Shown here one piece after another: positions 1-13,889 of a stretch of DNA of 64,000 nucleotides. The notes under the pieces were generated by a model that was not told where the DNA came from, made no database searches, and worked only from the letters and a program-made list of their open reading frames with translations. Every line of letters starts with the position of its first letter. Position 1 is the first letter of the stretch. This DNA comes from Octopus sinensis (Eukaryota). The stretch is from positions 69,750,001 through 69,814,000 of the forward strand of contig NC_043006.1 of assembly GCF_006345805.1 (NCBI RefSeq), given 5' to 3'. The position numbers were made by a program, and so were the translations under genes.

Positions 1-459
1 ACCTATGGTTATGTGAATATACACGTGTGTACATATACAGGACACATTCAACTTTATACACACTGGCACGTGTCTGTGTCTCCGTTCGTATGTGTATTTA
101 TTGATAAATAGGTTGGTGGGCAACCAGTGAGGGCACATAAATTGAAAGGCGTGTGTGTGTGTGTGTGTGTGTGTGTGTTGTGTGTGTGTGTGGATAGATA
201 TGTGTCAATAAGTATTATTGTATGAGTATGTGTATACATACATACATACAAACAAACGTAAGCGTATGTCCACACCCTTTTTTTAAAATCTACGTCCGGG
301 TAAGTGTGTGATATAAACATAGACATGTGTATATACATGCACATGTAACTGTATATTGGAGAAAGATAGCTAGATGGGGTAGAGAGGCGAAGAAAGGAAG
401 GAAAGAGTGTGGGTATGGGCGCTTATATATACACCATATATCTAGATATATCTAGATAT

Positions 460-691
460 TCTTTTATTCTTTTACTTGTTTCAGTCATCTTGACTGCGGC
501 CATGCTGGAGCACTGCCTTCAGTCGAGCAAATCGACCCCAGGACTTATCCCTTGTAAGCCTAGTACTTATTCTATTGGACCCTTTTGCCGAACCGCTAAG
601 TTACGGGGACGTAAACACACCAGCATTGGCTGTCAAGCGATGTTGGGGGAGGGACGTACACACAAACATATACACTCACACACACACACAC

Positions 692-734
<43 letters not shown>

Positions 735-894
735 CACGACGGTCTTCTTTCGGTTTCCGTCTACCAAATCCGCTCACAAGACTTTGGTCGACCCGAAGCT
801 ATAGTAGAAGACACTTGCCCAAGGTGTCACACAGTGGGACTGAACCCGGAACCATGTGGTTGGTAAGCAAGCTTCTTACCACACAGCCACTCCT
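460..894 (-). mobile_element. tRNA-derived SINE family A, near full length
   Basis: Reverse complement of head GGAGTGGCTGTGTGGTAAG, CORE-like CCTTGGGCAAGTGTCTT, central (TA/CA)n, tail GAAACAAGTAAAAGA; same consensus recurs about 20 times in the window. Confidence 0.9.
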
Positions 895-1820
895 AACAAA
901 TTACAATGTTAAATTAACATTTTTAAACAAATTTCTTTGTAATGTATGCGTGGCTATGTATATGGGTGGTGGTGGGGGTATATATTGTGGTACGATAGGT
1001 ATGTGAGTGTAGATGTTATATATATAGTAATACGTGAACGGATCTAAAAAAAAAATCTGAAAAAAATCTTGCAGTAGTCTTTCCCAAAGCACGCACCCAC
1101 ACGTACCCACATACATAAATACACGTATATGCATAATCATACGTGTGTATGTCTATATATATCTGTGTGTGTGCGCGCGCGCATGCATAACAATCATAAT
1201 TATAATAAAAAGAAAGGAAAATCGAAAGAATATTTCTCATCCGCTGTCACTTCTTAACCCTTCTCTCGCTCTACTCCACCCTCAAAGTTCCAAATAGAAA
1301 CACCACACGCACACACACACACACACACACACAAACACGCATACACAGATGCGTCCGTGCACCGAGATAGACATACATAAAACCATTAGCATATATGAAA
1401 AACCCGCAGACAGGCAGACAGAGACAGACAGATGCACATACAGATATGGACTTACAACAGACATATATACGCACACACACACATACACACGTGCATGTAC
1501 ACACAGATATTCAACCCAGACGTAGACACATACGCACACGCGTAGATATACACATACATGGTAGTACGTAGTTATAGACATACACCCACAGACATATACA
1601 TACAGATATATGTATAAACATATTCATGCATGTACATACACACAGTCAGACACATCCATGGATATACACTGGTATACGTAACTGCACACTCGAATACATA
1701 CTCATAACAGTTATACACATACATCCATGGTCATATACATAGATATATTCACCTACATACAGATGTACTTGTACATATAAACACAGTTGCACACATACAT
1801 TTATAGACACATACATTTAT

Positions 1821-1851
<31 letters not shown>

Positions 1852-2158
1852 GCTACATGTAGAAACGTAATTATATGCATACAGTTACAAACACACGTTC
1901 ATGGACATATATAAATGTACCATGTGGCCATGTATCTATACACTCGCGCACAATACTCTCTCTCTCTCTCTCTCTCTCATACATACACACATGCACCCAA
2001 TGACAGATAGGGAAAGAGACAGAGAGGGAGGAAGAGGAGGAGATAGGGAGAAGAGGTGGGAGAGGAGGAGGTAGAGGAGGAGAGAGAAGGGTTGCATGCT
2101 CACAGAGCCACTTGCATCCGGATTAATGTTAAGTAATGATAATGTCGGGGTTACTCAC

Positions 2159-2697
2159 CTGATTAAATCCAGGAAGGTATCAACGGAGTTAACTCTCTTG
2201 GTTGAACCATATCGTTTCAGTTTTTCGGAGCTCTTGCCACTTCCAGGCTGAATTGTTACGCACATGATAATTCCAGTCACCACAGAGATGATTGTGGTGG
2301 ACGCGAAATAGCCGATAGTCCTTAAGCCCATTTTACCACAGGTTTTAGCATCGAGACCAGCAATTCCTGAGATGAGACTGGACATGATGAGGGGTAAAAT
2401 TAACATACGCAACATCCTCATGAGCATTTCACCGGGGAACATCAGGTACATCACTTCACGTTTGTTTGTCATCATTGACGGCCGTACGGCGCGAACGAGG
2501 AAACCGACGGCGCATCCGAAAATCACGGACCCTAACAACAAGATCAGCAGAAGGTTTTCTTTGCCCGCTGACAAGCATCTCTTCCCGAATTGTTTGCCGA
2601 ATTTTTTCAGGTGTCCAGCACGACTCGTGTCTTCATCAGGGCTACTAACGAAAACGTGAGTGTTCACCTTCCCCGAATTGCTTGATTCGTTCTCCAT
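2159..2697 (-). CDS. SLC1A: First coding exon of an SLC1A-family excitatory amino acid (glutamate/aspartate) transporter; TM1-TM3 and start of the TM3-4 loop; gene continues left of the window
   Basis: Translation has EAAT motifs YLMFPGEMLMRMLRMLILPLIMSSLISG, GLDAKTCGKMGLRTIGYF, IQPG, VDTFLDLIR. ATG in Kozak context CCCGCCATGG. Ends at donor AG|GTGAGT (intron starts at 2158, phase 2 in the Arg codon). Paralogue identity cannot be decided. Confidence 0.95.
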
Positions 2698-3279
2698 GGC
2701 GGGAAAATTGAAGAATCTTTCAAAGCGAAATCACGGCAATAGGATTACTCCAGATGTGAATACAGCCTGACGTACTTTTGTTAAATAAATATATGTATAT
2801 ATACACGAATGTGGGAATGGATATTTGTATATATGTGTGTAAGTATGTATATATAATATATATAAAGTGTTGTGTGTCTATGGTTAAGTATTATATATGC
2901 ATTTGTATATCATATAATATTTATATATATAGGTGGGTAACTGGGCTGGGTAGTATATGGGTATTTTCTTGGGAGCGTTTGTGGGTGTTTTCGGATTATG
3001 TGCGTATGCTGCTGTTGGTCGTGGTGGTGTTAATAAAAGATAGATGGACAGGTGACGGTGGATATGTACGGATGTGTATGTGGGAGTATAAAACGGATAT
3101 TCAAATGTGTGTATACGGAAATGAGAAAGTCGCTACACAGTGATAAATGGTAAGATCCCAGCTTGTAGTGGTACAAATCCCGGACCAGGTTCCGTTTTAT
3201 GTTATGTGTTACTTTCCTGTGTCTTCCTATATAGACACACTGGCGTATATATGTATATAGATGCAGATATATATGATAA

Positions 3280-3543
3280 AATCAATAGGACGCGTATACG
3301 TATGTAGATATATGTATGTGCGTATTGTTTTGAAATTGGTCAGTTATATAGACAGACACAGGTGTAAACTGTGAGCGCAGCAGCAGTAACAACACCAGCT
3401 GAAGCAGCAGTATCTGTTGCACAGCAGCAGCAAAAGAAGCAGCAGATGGACAGGTAAAAATTCTCCGTCCCAATCGAATTTTGCAAAGGTTCCGAATCTC
3501 AGCCAGGAAATTTTCGATTTCAGGGATCCGATTGAAGTTCACA
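3280..3543 (-). other. Candidate 5'UTR exon start of the SLC1A gene
   Basis: Strong minus-strand acceptor TTAATTTCTCTCTTTCTTTTGACAG (AG at 3545-3544) followed by non-repeat sequence with short CTG runs; no convincing donor found, so the 3' boundary is uncertain. Confidence 0.4.
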
Positions 3544-4796
3544 CTGTCAAAAGAAAGAGAGAAATTAATTAAAGTTATTATATGGAAATTGTATACTCAC
3601 ACACACACACATACATACATAATACATATATACATACATACATACATCATACATATATACATACATAATATACATATACATACATAAAATCTATGGTGAC
3701 ATTTGTCTGCGTTGCTATCTATTTAATCATATAATCATCTGCCTGTATATCCTTATCGATCATTAGTTACCTGTAAATCTACCTAGCTATATATCAATTC
3801 ATTTACCTGTATTAACCGTATCACGCTCTACGCTTCTACACTCGAGCACAGTTAAGAGAAACATGAAAGAAGCTACAATATAGTAGCAGCCACACACAGA
3901 CAAACTCACATACACAGAGACACGCCCGCCAACATATATACCTACATAATATGAATGTCACACATACAGCCTTTCTACGTTACAACCCGACAACTGCCAG
4001 TCAACTTAGTACAAAGATAGACAAGATCACAAGCATCCTTTTCACTCACTGGCTTGCTAACTAGCATAAACACCAACTACGAAAACACATATTCGCTCAT
4101 ACGTACGTACGGATGGATGGAGACACATGCTTATACACCTATATATATATATATGCATATGCACACATACTTACATGCATGCATGCATGCACTAAACACA
4201 CAGATACACATGCGTATTCAGCGCGACAATTCTTGTCGAAACACGTAACACCTCGTCTAATGAAATATTCTTCTTAATGTCTATGTACACACATCAACAT
4301 ATAAATGATTAGCGGGCCGTACTTACACACAAATACATGCATTACCACGCAACGCACAAAACGCATATACATACACACAACTATGCGTAGGCCTGCATTC
4401 ACACACGCATTTGCACTGATATTACATATATATTAGTTGTATGTGGGTGTACGTGTTTATGTGTGTATATACACTTATGTATATACGCATGTGTTGACAG
4501 TGAAGGTAGACAGATGTTAAGTTGAGGTATGAAAAACTAAACATGTATGCTAAGTTAAAAGCATATGTTTAAGTTAGGAGAAAGGTAAGTGCCTGGGGTT
4601 TTCTAAATAAATATGTGTATATACGAGAGTGTGTGTGTGTGTGTGTACATATATATATATATATATACACACGCATGCATATATCATGACTACAAGTGTA
4701 TGCACTTTTCCGTTTCTTTAGATGAGTCTGCATGTGTATATGTATGTGTTTATGCATATATGTGCATAGTCTTGTGAGTGCATATATACATGCACC

Positions 4797-4863
<67 letters not shown>

Positions 4864-5254
4864 GCAAGTGCATATAGATTTTTCTGTATACCAGCATATG
4901 GTGTGTTTGCACCTGCATGTGTGTATGGAGCTATGACTGCTGCTGTTTAACACTGGGTCGGTCATGATCCAGTTGTAGTTGGCCACAGAATGTACAGCTG
5001 TGACCATCTCGTCAGGAATGTTATTTTGTGTCCATTTTCGAAGCTGATTAGAGCGATTTGAGGGAGATTTTTACCTGCTCTTTCTGCAAGCTGGGGCGTC
5101 AGGTATACACACCCTCGTGTATGCATACATTTATCCGTACATGTGCAGCTATTTAACCCTCGTGTTATATCCATCACACACACACACTTTTTCTATGCAT
5201 ATATAAGTGTGTGTGTATGTGTGCAAGTGCTTAAATATGAGCATATGTAAGTGT

Positions 5255-5291
<37 letters not shown>

Positions 5292-5653
5292 TGTGTGTAT
5301 GTGTGCTGAAGATGATGGTGATGGTGGTGGTGTTGGTAATAACAGTGGTGACACTTATACTGCTTTTGTCACTAGTAGTAGTAGTAGTAGTAAACTCGTC
5401 ATGTTATTGCTGCTACTGTTGTTATCATAACACGTCCTCTTCCTCTACTTGTTACTACTGTCGTGGTGAAACCATACACACATTCATACAAAGACAAACA
5501 CACACACACACACATACACACACACACTATACACACTCGCAAAAGGTATCGATAACTGTCAACAGGTAATCTATATTCCGGCTGCTGCAACAGGCTCACA
5601 CACTACACATATTCATACATACATATGCGTGCATGTGTGCGTGTTTACGTGTA

Positions 5654-5702
<49 letters not shown>

Positions 5703-6627
5703 TATTATATATATATTCCTGTGTGTGTGTGTGTTCATATATTAATACGCGCATACATGAATTGAAAGAAACGAGTCTGTCTATATCGACGATGTGTAGT
5801 CCGAATTATTTCATCACCTGAGCCACATACTAATTATGTAATAGCAGGGACATGGAGCTTTAAGCGTAATCCACACGTAGTAATGGCACTATATAAAAAC
5901 AAAGCTGAACATTTCAGCAACAGGTACAATCCATCCGGTGAGCTTTTTCCACCCGGTTCCCGTCTATCCAGTATCACACTCAGACATACAGTTTAGCTAC
6001 ATAATAGAGAATCGTACTGCTAGAAATAACAACCAAGTGTTGTTGTTTTTTTAAAAAAAAAGAAAACACACAGCTAGCTTAAATGCAGGAGGATAAGTAT
6101 ATTTGACTACATAGTAGTTCTAGATGTAAACTACCAAAGTCCCGATGGTCATAGTTGGAACGTGTCGTTCGATCAGGGTGACCAGGGGCTAAACCACAAT
6201 ACAAGACAGACACCGAGTTGCATATACATATAGATATATATAGGTCTTGCTCTCTCTCCCCACTCACATTTGATGAAGCTGTTAAGTCCGATGAGGGTGA
6301 AATGGTGAACCAAGATCTGCTACAGTCCGACACACAACTGTCTCACACTAAACACCACAAGAGTTCTGCGCAAGCGTCACTTTACTTTGAATATAAACGC
6401 AAACTCCTACTACTTCTACTCATATACCTCCTACTCCCACTCTTGCATTGTCATGCTGACCACATCCTCGTCTCCTCTTCCTGCGCCTCCCTACACTTGT
6501 CGTCTGCTTCCTTTCAGATTTTTTTTTACGCGCAACACACTATTTCTCTCTCTCGTTCATTTACACACTTTCTTTCTCCTCCCCTTCTCATTCTCTCTCT
6601 AAATCATTTATATTTCTTATGTTGTGT

Positions 6628-7028
6628 CTTTCCTCCTCTCCCTTCGCCTCCGACTTTTGTCGTCTGCTATCTTTCTCTCTCTAATCCAGCTACTAAAACT
6701 ACAACTACATTTTCCTTGCTTTCGTTCTTTCTCCCCCTTCATCTTTCTCTCTCTCTCTCTCTATCATTGATATTGTGAATTCCTCCTCTCCTACTATTTC
6801 TTCCATAAACTTCTACTTTCCTCCTCTTCCCCTGTTTTCTACTTCATAATGGTATCCTTTTGTTTCATTTACGTTTCTTCTTCTCTCCCCCTCTCCTATT
6901 CTCAATCTTTCTCGTTCATTATTCTCCTCATACCATCACCACTTCCTCATTTGTCGTCTGCTCAATTTTTACACCACTTCCCCCTCCCTCACACATTCAT
7001 TCCTTTCTCTTACTTTATCACTCTTCCC
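6628..7028. repeat. CT-rich block, copy 1 of a local duplication
   Basis: Collinear with 8636-9042 (shared CCTCCGACTTTTGTCGTCTGCTATC, ATTGTGAATTCCTCCTC, CATACCATCACCACTTCCTCAT). Confidence 0.85.
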
Positions 7029-7635
7029 CCTCCCTCTCATTCATTACATCCTTTACACCATCCAGTCCACTCCCACCACTTTTAATCACCTTCTCACCAA
7101 CACCACCACACATCGTTTCTCAAGACATCCTCCTTCCCTACATTACCCATTCTGTCCCTCCTCCTCCTCTTTTATCGTCTGCCTTGTGCGAATCTTATTC
7201 CCCACTATCTTTTCTCTCTCTCTCTCACTAACTGCTCCCCCTTAGCTCCCCATCTTTTATTATAAACTCAGATCCTCCTCCTCTCATTATTCAGCATCAT
7301 TCTGAGACCCCATCCCTTATTTCCCGCTCTCTTTACTACACATACTTTCTATCACTCTCCGCATCACACACACACTATCTCCCTATCTATCTATGTGTGC
7401 GTGCATACACACAAACATACATACACGTGTGCCTTTATGCTGCTACCTCTCACCTTTCTCTCTGCAATTCCCACACGTTTTCTCAAACTCCCTGTATTTT
7501 CGTCTTTCTTTCTCCTCTCACGGCATCTCTCAGACTCGCATACTCTTTCCCGCTTTTCAACCCTTCATTTAATTTCCCTACATTCAGGTTTCTCTCTCTC
7601 GGTGTGTGTGTGTGTGTGGTGTGTGTGTGTGTGTG

Positions 7636-7672
<37 letters not shown>

Positions 7673-7759
7673 GCACGCATACATACACACATGTACGCAT
7701 GCATACATACACACGCATGCATACACACACATGCATACATACATACATTTTATATATAC

Positions 7760-7804
<45 letters not shown>

Positions 7805-7866
7805 TGTGTGTGAGTGTGTGTGTGTGTGTGTTGTGTGTGTGTGTGGTGTGTGTGGTGTGTGTGGTG

Positions 7867-7982
7867 TGTGACAATTATTCGGTAGCCATGATAAAACTCC
7901 GAGTCTCGGATGTCGGGACGGAAACCCACGCCGCCATCTCCGAAACTCGGAGTTTTATCATGGCTACCGAATAATTGTCACA
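7867..7982. mobile_element. 116-bp hairpin MITE
   Basis: 44-bp inverted repeats TGTGACAATTATTCGGTAGCCATGATAAAACTCCGAG(T/C)..., 43/44 identical, around a 28-bp GC-rich spacer. Confidence 0.85.
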
Positions 7983-8635
7983 TTATATTACAAATAAATT
8001 CCTCTATTTACATAATATAGAGGTCTCTCTCATTCTTTTGTTGTCTTACTATATATACACACCACTGTTTATATATATATATCCATACCTCTTACATCTG
8101 CAACTAGCTTGTTTAGTATCAACGCACGAAACTCTCGGCCCTCAAGCCACCCTGTTGCTTCTGCTAAATATTAATCAAAATTTTCCTATTTGCATCACCT
8201 ATATATACCAAACACAAACATACACGCATATAAATGTATACACAAACACATACATAGACGTACACATACACGCAAACCCATATATAGTTTAAGGGGTTAA
8301 AAAGGGTATCCACTGGACCGATCCGCAGTCCATTCTAGATAATTCCAGAATCGATCAGAGCATATCCCCTAACTCGCTCCAACTTTATATGCCTTTGATA
8401 ACTTCAGAAAAGCGTTATAGATGGCAATTAGTTAAGGATCATTAAAATTAACGCGTGCGCACACATTTCTTACTTGACCCCTAAATATCTAATGAAATCG
8501 TAAGGGGGCTATGGTAATACATGGTGCGTTTTGGGTACTTTAAACCTGGTGGAACTCAGCCCTACAGAGTCTGGCTATGGTTAATTTCTTCTTTGGAGAA
8601 ACCAAAAGAGAGACACAGAATGAATGCTGGACTTA

Positions 8636-9042
8636 CTTTCCTCCTCTCCCTTCACCTCCGACTTTTGTCGTCTGCTATCTTCCTCTCTCACACACACTTT
8701 CTCTCTCTCTCTCTCTCTCTAAACCAGCTACTACCACTACATTTTCCTTTTTTTCGTTCTTTCTCCCCCTTCATCTCTCTCTCTCCATTTATCATTTACA
8801 TTGTGAATTCCTCCTCCTACTATTTCCTCTATAACTTCTACTCTCCTCCTCTTCCCCTGTTTTCTATTTTATGTTGATATCCTTTTGTTTCCTTTATGTT
8901 TCTTCTCTTCCCCTCTTACTCTCTCGTACATCATTCTCCTCATACCATCACCACTTCCTCATATATCGTCTGCTCATTTTTTATATCACTTCCCTTCTCC
9001 CTCATACATTCATTCCTTTTTCTTACTTAATCACTCTTCCCC
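8636..9042. repeat. CT-rich block, copy 2, lying between ~80-bp direct repeats (8540-8620 and 9122-9204)
   Basis: Alignment by eye to 6628-7028; flanking repeat TTAAACCTGGTGGAA...GGAGAAACCAAAAGAGAGAC occurs twice. Confidence 0.85.
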
Positions 9043-9762
9043 AGAGAATAAATACTGGACTGTTACTCTGTCAACCTCGAAAGTATAAAAGTCAAAGTTA
9101 ACCTCAGTGGAATTCGAACCATTAAACCTGGTGGAACCCAGCCCTACATAGAGTCTAGCTATGGTTAATTTCTTCTTTGGAGAAACCAAAAGAGAGACAG
9201 AGAACCATTAGAGAACCGGAGCGGATACCGAGCTAACATCCAGCTGAGTGCATTCACAACGAGGCTTGCATTTCGTCTCTATATGTGTGACACAATCGTC
9301 TCCCACGTGATAATCAGATAAAGTTATCTATCAATCGGTCTCACATAAATTATCTCTTTTACTCTCCGGTTGTCACAAGACCATGCCGCCTGATTCCTGA
9401 TACTCTCCACAAGCTTGTGTGTAAGGAAAGCTGGAATTTAGTGTCAGATGTAATGGTACTGTGTCAAAATCGTTGTTCATGTTCTCATATTGATATCTAG
9501 ATGTAAGTATTTACGCTGGGTTCGTGTTTTCGGTGTTGCTGCGTGAACTGTATCCTATAAGTTCGCGGTTCGACACGAACTAATTCAAGAAATAGCTAAC
9601 AGAAATATGCAGTCTAATAATTGATACTAGTAAAAGATGGGTTCTGTCCCACGGCGTGGCACCTAGGGTAAGTTTTTCCTACAGCCCATCAAAGCTTTGT
9701 GACTCGATTTGGTCGATAGAATATGAAAGAAGCCTGACGTTGTGTATGTGTGTGCGTGTTAT

Positions 9763-10190
9763 CTTTTACTAGTTTCAATCATTAGACTGCAGCCAAGCTG
9801 GGGCACCGGCTTAAAGAATTTCTAGTCGGGTGAATCCACCCCAATACTTATTTTTTATTAAGCCTGGTACTTACTTTATCGGTCTCATTTGCCAAACCGC
9901 TAAGTTACTGGAGCGTAAACACACCAACACCGGTCGTCCAGTGGTGGCGGGGGACAAACACATACAAAAACACACATTGTATGTATGTGTGTGTGTGTGT
10001 GTGTGTGTATGTATACACACATACATACACAACGGGGTTCTTTCGGTTTCCATTAACCAAATCCATTCACAAGCTTTATTCGGCCTGAAACTGTAGCAGA
10101 AGACATTTGTCCAACGTGCCATGCAGTGGGACTGAACCGGGAACCATGTGGTTTGGAAGCAAGCATTTTACCACACATCTACTGTACGGT
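9763..10190 (-). mobile_element. SINE family A, diverged copy
   Basis: Consensus blocks recognisable in reverse orientation; plus-strand fragments of the same family at 9615-9745 and 10200-10400. Confidence 0.8.
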
Positions 10191-10429
10191 AAGAAGTGTG
10201 TGTGTGTGTATGTGTGTGTGTGTGCGTGTGTGTGTGTGTGCGTGCGTGTGATCCCTGCCATCTTAGCTTAGCGGTTCGTCAAAAGAGGTGGATTGATTAA
10301 GTACCAAGTTTTAATAAAATACGTCGTGGGGTCGATATGTTCCACTAAACTTTTCCAAGTGGCGCTGTTGCATGGGCGCAGTCCAATGACTGAAACAATT
10401 TAAAATATTTTTTAAAAAATCGCCTTTAT

Positions 10430-10650
10430 ACATTCCTGAGGGTCAAAGACATCATAAAAACAATCAGGGAGAACAAATATCGACCGTCTGGCCACATTGA
10501 AGGACAACAGATGGACAATCATGGTGAACAAGATCAAAACGACGACCAAAGATAAGACGGCGAGATGATCCCACCTGCTACGACTAGCCAGAAACATACA
10601 GCGGTGGAAGAAATCCAGGGAGAGCTTCCTCATTCAGAAGAGATGAAGCT
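10430..10650 (+). mobile_element. RTE-clade LINE, degenerate C-terminal fragment
   Basis: Across frameshifts reads VKDIIKTIRENK..GHI, RRPKIRRRDD, RWKKSRESFLIQ, typical of the RTE ORF end. Confidence 0.65.
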
Positions 10651-11380
10651 CTGGGAGAATATGCGCGTGCGCGTGTGTGTAGGGAGAATTCACGAAAAAA
10701 AAAAAAAAAAAAGACGAAGACAGGTGGTGTAGACAACAAACAGATGTATTAGTTTAATGCTCGGGATGTATTAGTTTAACGCCAGGAAGAAGGGGAGATA
10801 ATAAAGTAGTGGGGATCCCAAAACGAAGGGTAAAAGAAAAAATTCCTATGCCAAACATGTCGAGAATTGACTTTAAATCGTCAATAACCACATGTAATTT
10901 ATCACTATACATACCTCTCTGGGATATAAAGGGGAAATTATTGTCGGCTCGTATATATAACAAGTTCGGGAGTGCAAAGCAACTACTACCAGTTTCGAAT
11001 GCAACCAAGTCTCTGGGTTCTCTTCATATATATACGCACAGTTTGTGAGCATGCGTGGGTACATAAAAGAGAGAGACAGAGTGCTAAAAAGTGACGTTCA
11101 TACCCTACATTCGTAACGAGATCTAGTAACACCGAAACATGTCAGCAATTGTTATACTGCGAGAGATGAGACTCGCCCAGATCTTCACTCCAGTCAGTCA
11201 ACATCTTAATTTGAACTTCTACAAAAATACTTTGATTTACTACATCAAATATCCTAATGTACACTTTGCAATTAAGTTTTCCCTTCTCGCAGCAAATATC
11301 CGTCGATAATTTAAACCAGTCTTTCATTTTAAGTAAGAAAATACATCCTGTGTTCGTCCACAAAAACTGTGTCTACTTTG

Positions 11381-11796
11381 TGGAGGCAGTCGTGGATGTG
11401 TGACAAAACGTTTGCATCCCAAACCATATGGTTCTGAGTTCAGTCTCACTGCGTGGCACCTACCTTGAGCAAAATGTTTTCTACTCTAGCCTCGGGTCGG
11501 CCAAAGCCTTGTGAGCAGATTTGGCTGACGGTAACTGAAACAATCTCATCCCGTATGTGTGTGTGTGTGTGTGTTGTGTGTGTGTGTGTGTGTGTGTGTC
11601 CATGTTTGAGTCTTTGCGTTTGTCTCCCCCGTCCTCGCATCATCGCTTGGCAACCGGTGGTGGTTAGTTTACGTTCCCGTAACTTAGCAGGCTTCAAAAA
11701 ATAAAATAAATACTGGAGTCGATTTCTTTAACTAAAACCCTTCAAGGAGGTGATCCAGAATGGCCTCCGTCCAATGATTGAAACAAGATAAAAGAT
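11381..11796 (+). mobile_element. SINE family A, diverged copy
   Basis: Head, CORE-like block, (GT)n and tail GAAACAAGATAAAAGA. Confidence 0.8.
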
Positions 11797-11895
11797 ATAT
11801 TACCCTGCTGCAGTTCTGACTAAGAACATGGTTTTCCACACAGAGATAATCCATTACCTCTACAAGCCGAACAGCTTTTACTCAGCTTAATCGGC

Positions 11896-12462
11896 ACTCC
11901 GTCGGTTACGACGACGATTCTTTTTTTTTTCTTTACTTGTTTCATCATTTGACTGCTGCCATGCTGGAGCACCGCCTTTAGTCGAGCAAATCGACCCCAG
12001 GACTTATTCTTTGTAAGCCTAGTACTTATTCTATCGGTTCTTTTGCCGAACCGCTAAGTTACGGGGACGTAAACACACCACCATCGGTTGTCAAGCGATG
12101 TTGGGAGGACAAATCCACTCACAAGGCTTTAGTCGGCCCGAGGCTATAGAAGAAGACACTTGCCCAAGGTGCCACGCATGTGGTTGGTAAGCAAGCTACT
12201 TACCACACAGCCACTCATTTGATCCGATCAACGGAACAGCCTGCTTGGGAAATTAACGTGCAGCTGGTTGAGCACTCCAAGTAGTAGTTTTTAAGGAGAT
12301 TCAGCGTGACAAGATTACAGATACAACTTTTTGCCAGCTGAGTGGAATGGAGCAACGTGAAATAAAGTGTCTTATTCGAAGACACAATGTTGCTGACGAG
12401 AATCGAACGTGCGTCCTTTTGATCGCGAGTCAAATACGCTAACCACTAACTCGCGCGCCTCA
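11896..12462 (-). mobile_element. SINE family C (tRNA-Arg-like head, RTE-type tail) interrupted by a family A copy at 11920-12216
   Basis: Tail CACTCCGTCGGTTACGACGA at 11896 resumes as TTGATCCGATCAACGGAACAGCC at 12217; tRNA-like head ends ~12462. Confidence 0.8.
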
Positions 12463-12769
12463 GCCGAGTAAAAGCTGTCCTGCAATATCATTTAAACAAT
12501 AAAGGATGTAGTTATACAATACATAATCCATTACCTCTCCTTCCGCCAAACTGAAAGCGATTTAGGGATGGGTTCTTAACAGGATCTCGACCAACTTAAC
12601 GGAATTCTTTATTCCTCCAATTCTCAACCATTTTGGTCGGCCGGATTTCAGTGAAGAAATTCTCCAACATATTTGCAACCCGCTCCACCTCAATGCAGCT
12701 CGACCTTCCGCACAGCAAGTAATTACACCACCAAAATGATCCCATTCCACTCCGACAGCGGTTAAGACA

Positions 12770-13070
12770 CCTGGCCAAGTGGTTAGGATGCTGCACTCAC
12801 GATTGCAAGGTCGTGGTTTCGATTCTCGGACCGGATGGTGTGTTGCGCTCTTGAGTAAAATCACTTCATTTCTCGGGGCCGAAACCGGACGTGGTTTCTC
12901 CTAATGATGTCTCTAGCCACTGGATCCTATAAAGGAACTGTTGAGGTAGCGAACTACCAAATGTGGTTGGAATTCCTCACTGCAACAGACTGGCGTTCCA
13001 TTTAATGGGGAATTTCATGATCTTGTTCACTTCTACGCCATGGGATCCGGGTTCCTGGCCTTGTGAGACC
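12770..13070 (+). mobile_element. SINE family C, diverged
   Basis: A box GGCCAAGTGGTTAGG, B box GGTTTCGATTCTC, CTTGAGTAAAATCACTTCATTTC and CTGCAACAGACTGGCGTTCC blocks. Confidence 0.7.
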
Positions 13071-13204
13071 CAAGATTTGCGACAGCGGTTACGCTTACAC
13101 CAGCACATGTACATATACACTATATTCAACATGTACTGGTGATCATATTACTGGTATGGTTTCATGCCTAGAAAGCTCCACAATAAAATGTGTGTGTGTT
13201 ATTT

Positions 13205-13825
13205 CTTGCTTGCTTCTGTCATTGGACTGCGTCCGTGCTGGAGCATCCTCTGAAAGGATTTAGTCGAACAAATCGATCTCAATACTTAATTTTAAAGTCT
13301 GACACATTTTACAGTACTATTTTGCCAAATCTTTAAGTTATGTGGATGGAAACAAACCAGCACCTGTCGTCAAGCAGTGGGGTGGGTCAAGCACAAGCAC
13401 AGACACGTACGCATTTATACACACACACAAATATATGCATATATATACAATATATACACATACATGCATATATATACATACACACACGCATGCATATATA
13501 TATACATACACACACGCATGCATATATATATACATACACACGCATGCATATATATATACATACACACGCATGCATATATATACATACACACGCATGCATA
13601 TATATACATACACACGCATGCATATATATACATACACACGCATGCATATATATACATACACACGCATGCATATATATACATACACACACGCAATCATATA
13701 TATATACATACATACACACACACACACACCACACACACTTGCACACACACACACACCACACACACACACACTTGCACACACACACACACACCACACACAC
13801 ACTTGCACACACACACACACACACA

Positions 13826-13889
<64 letters not shown>

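Noticed and set aside
2372-2659. 95-aa plus-strand ORF
   Set aside because: Antisense shadow of the SLC1A exon.
12560-12770. Coding-like island next to a SINE
   Set aside because: No frame gave a motif I could assign; stops in plausible frames.
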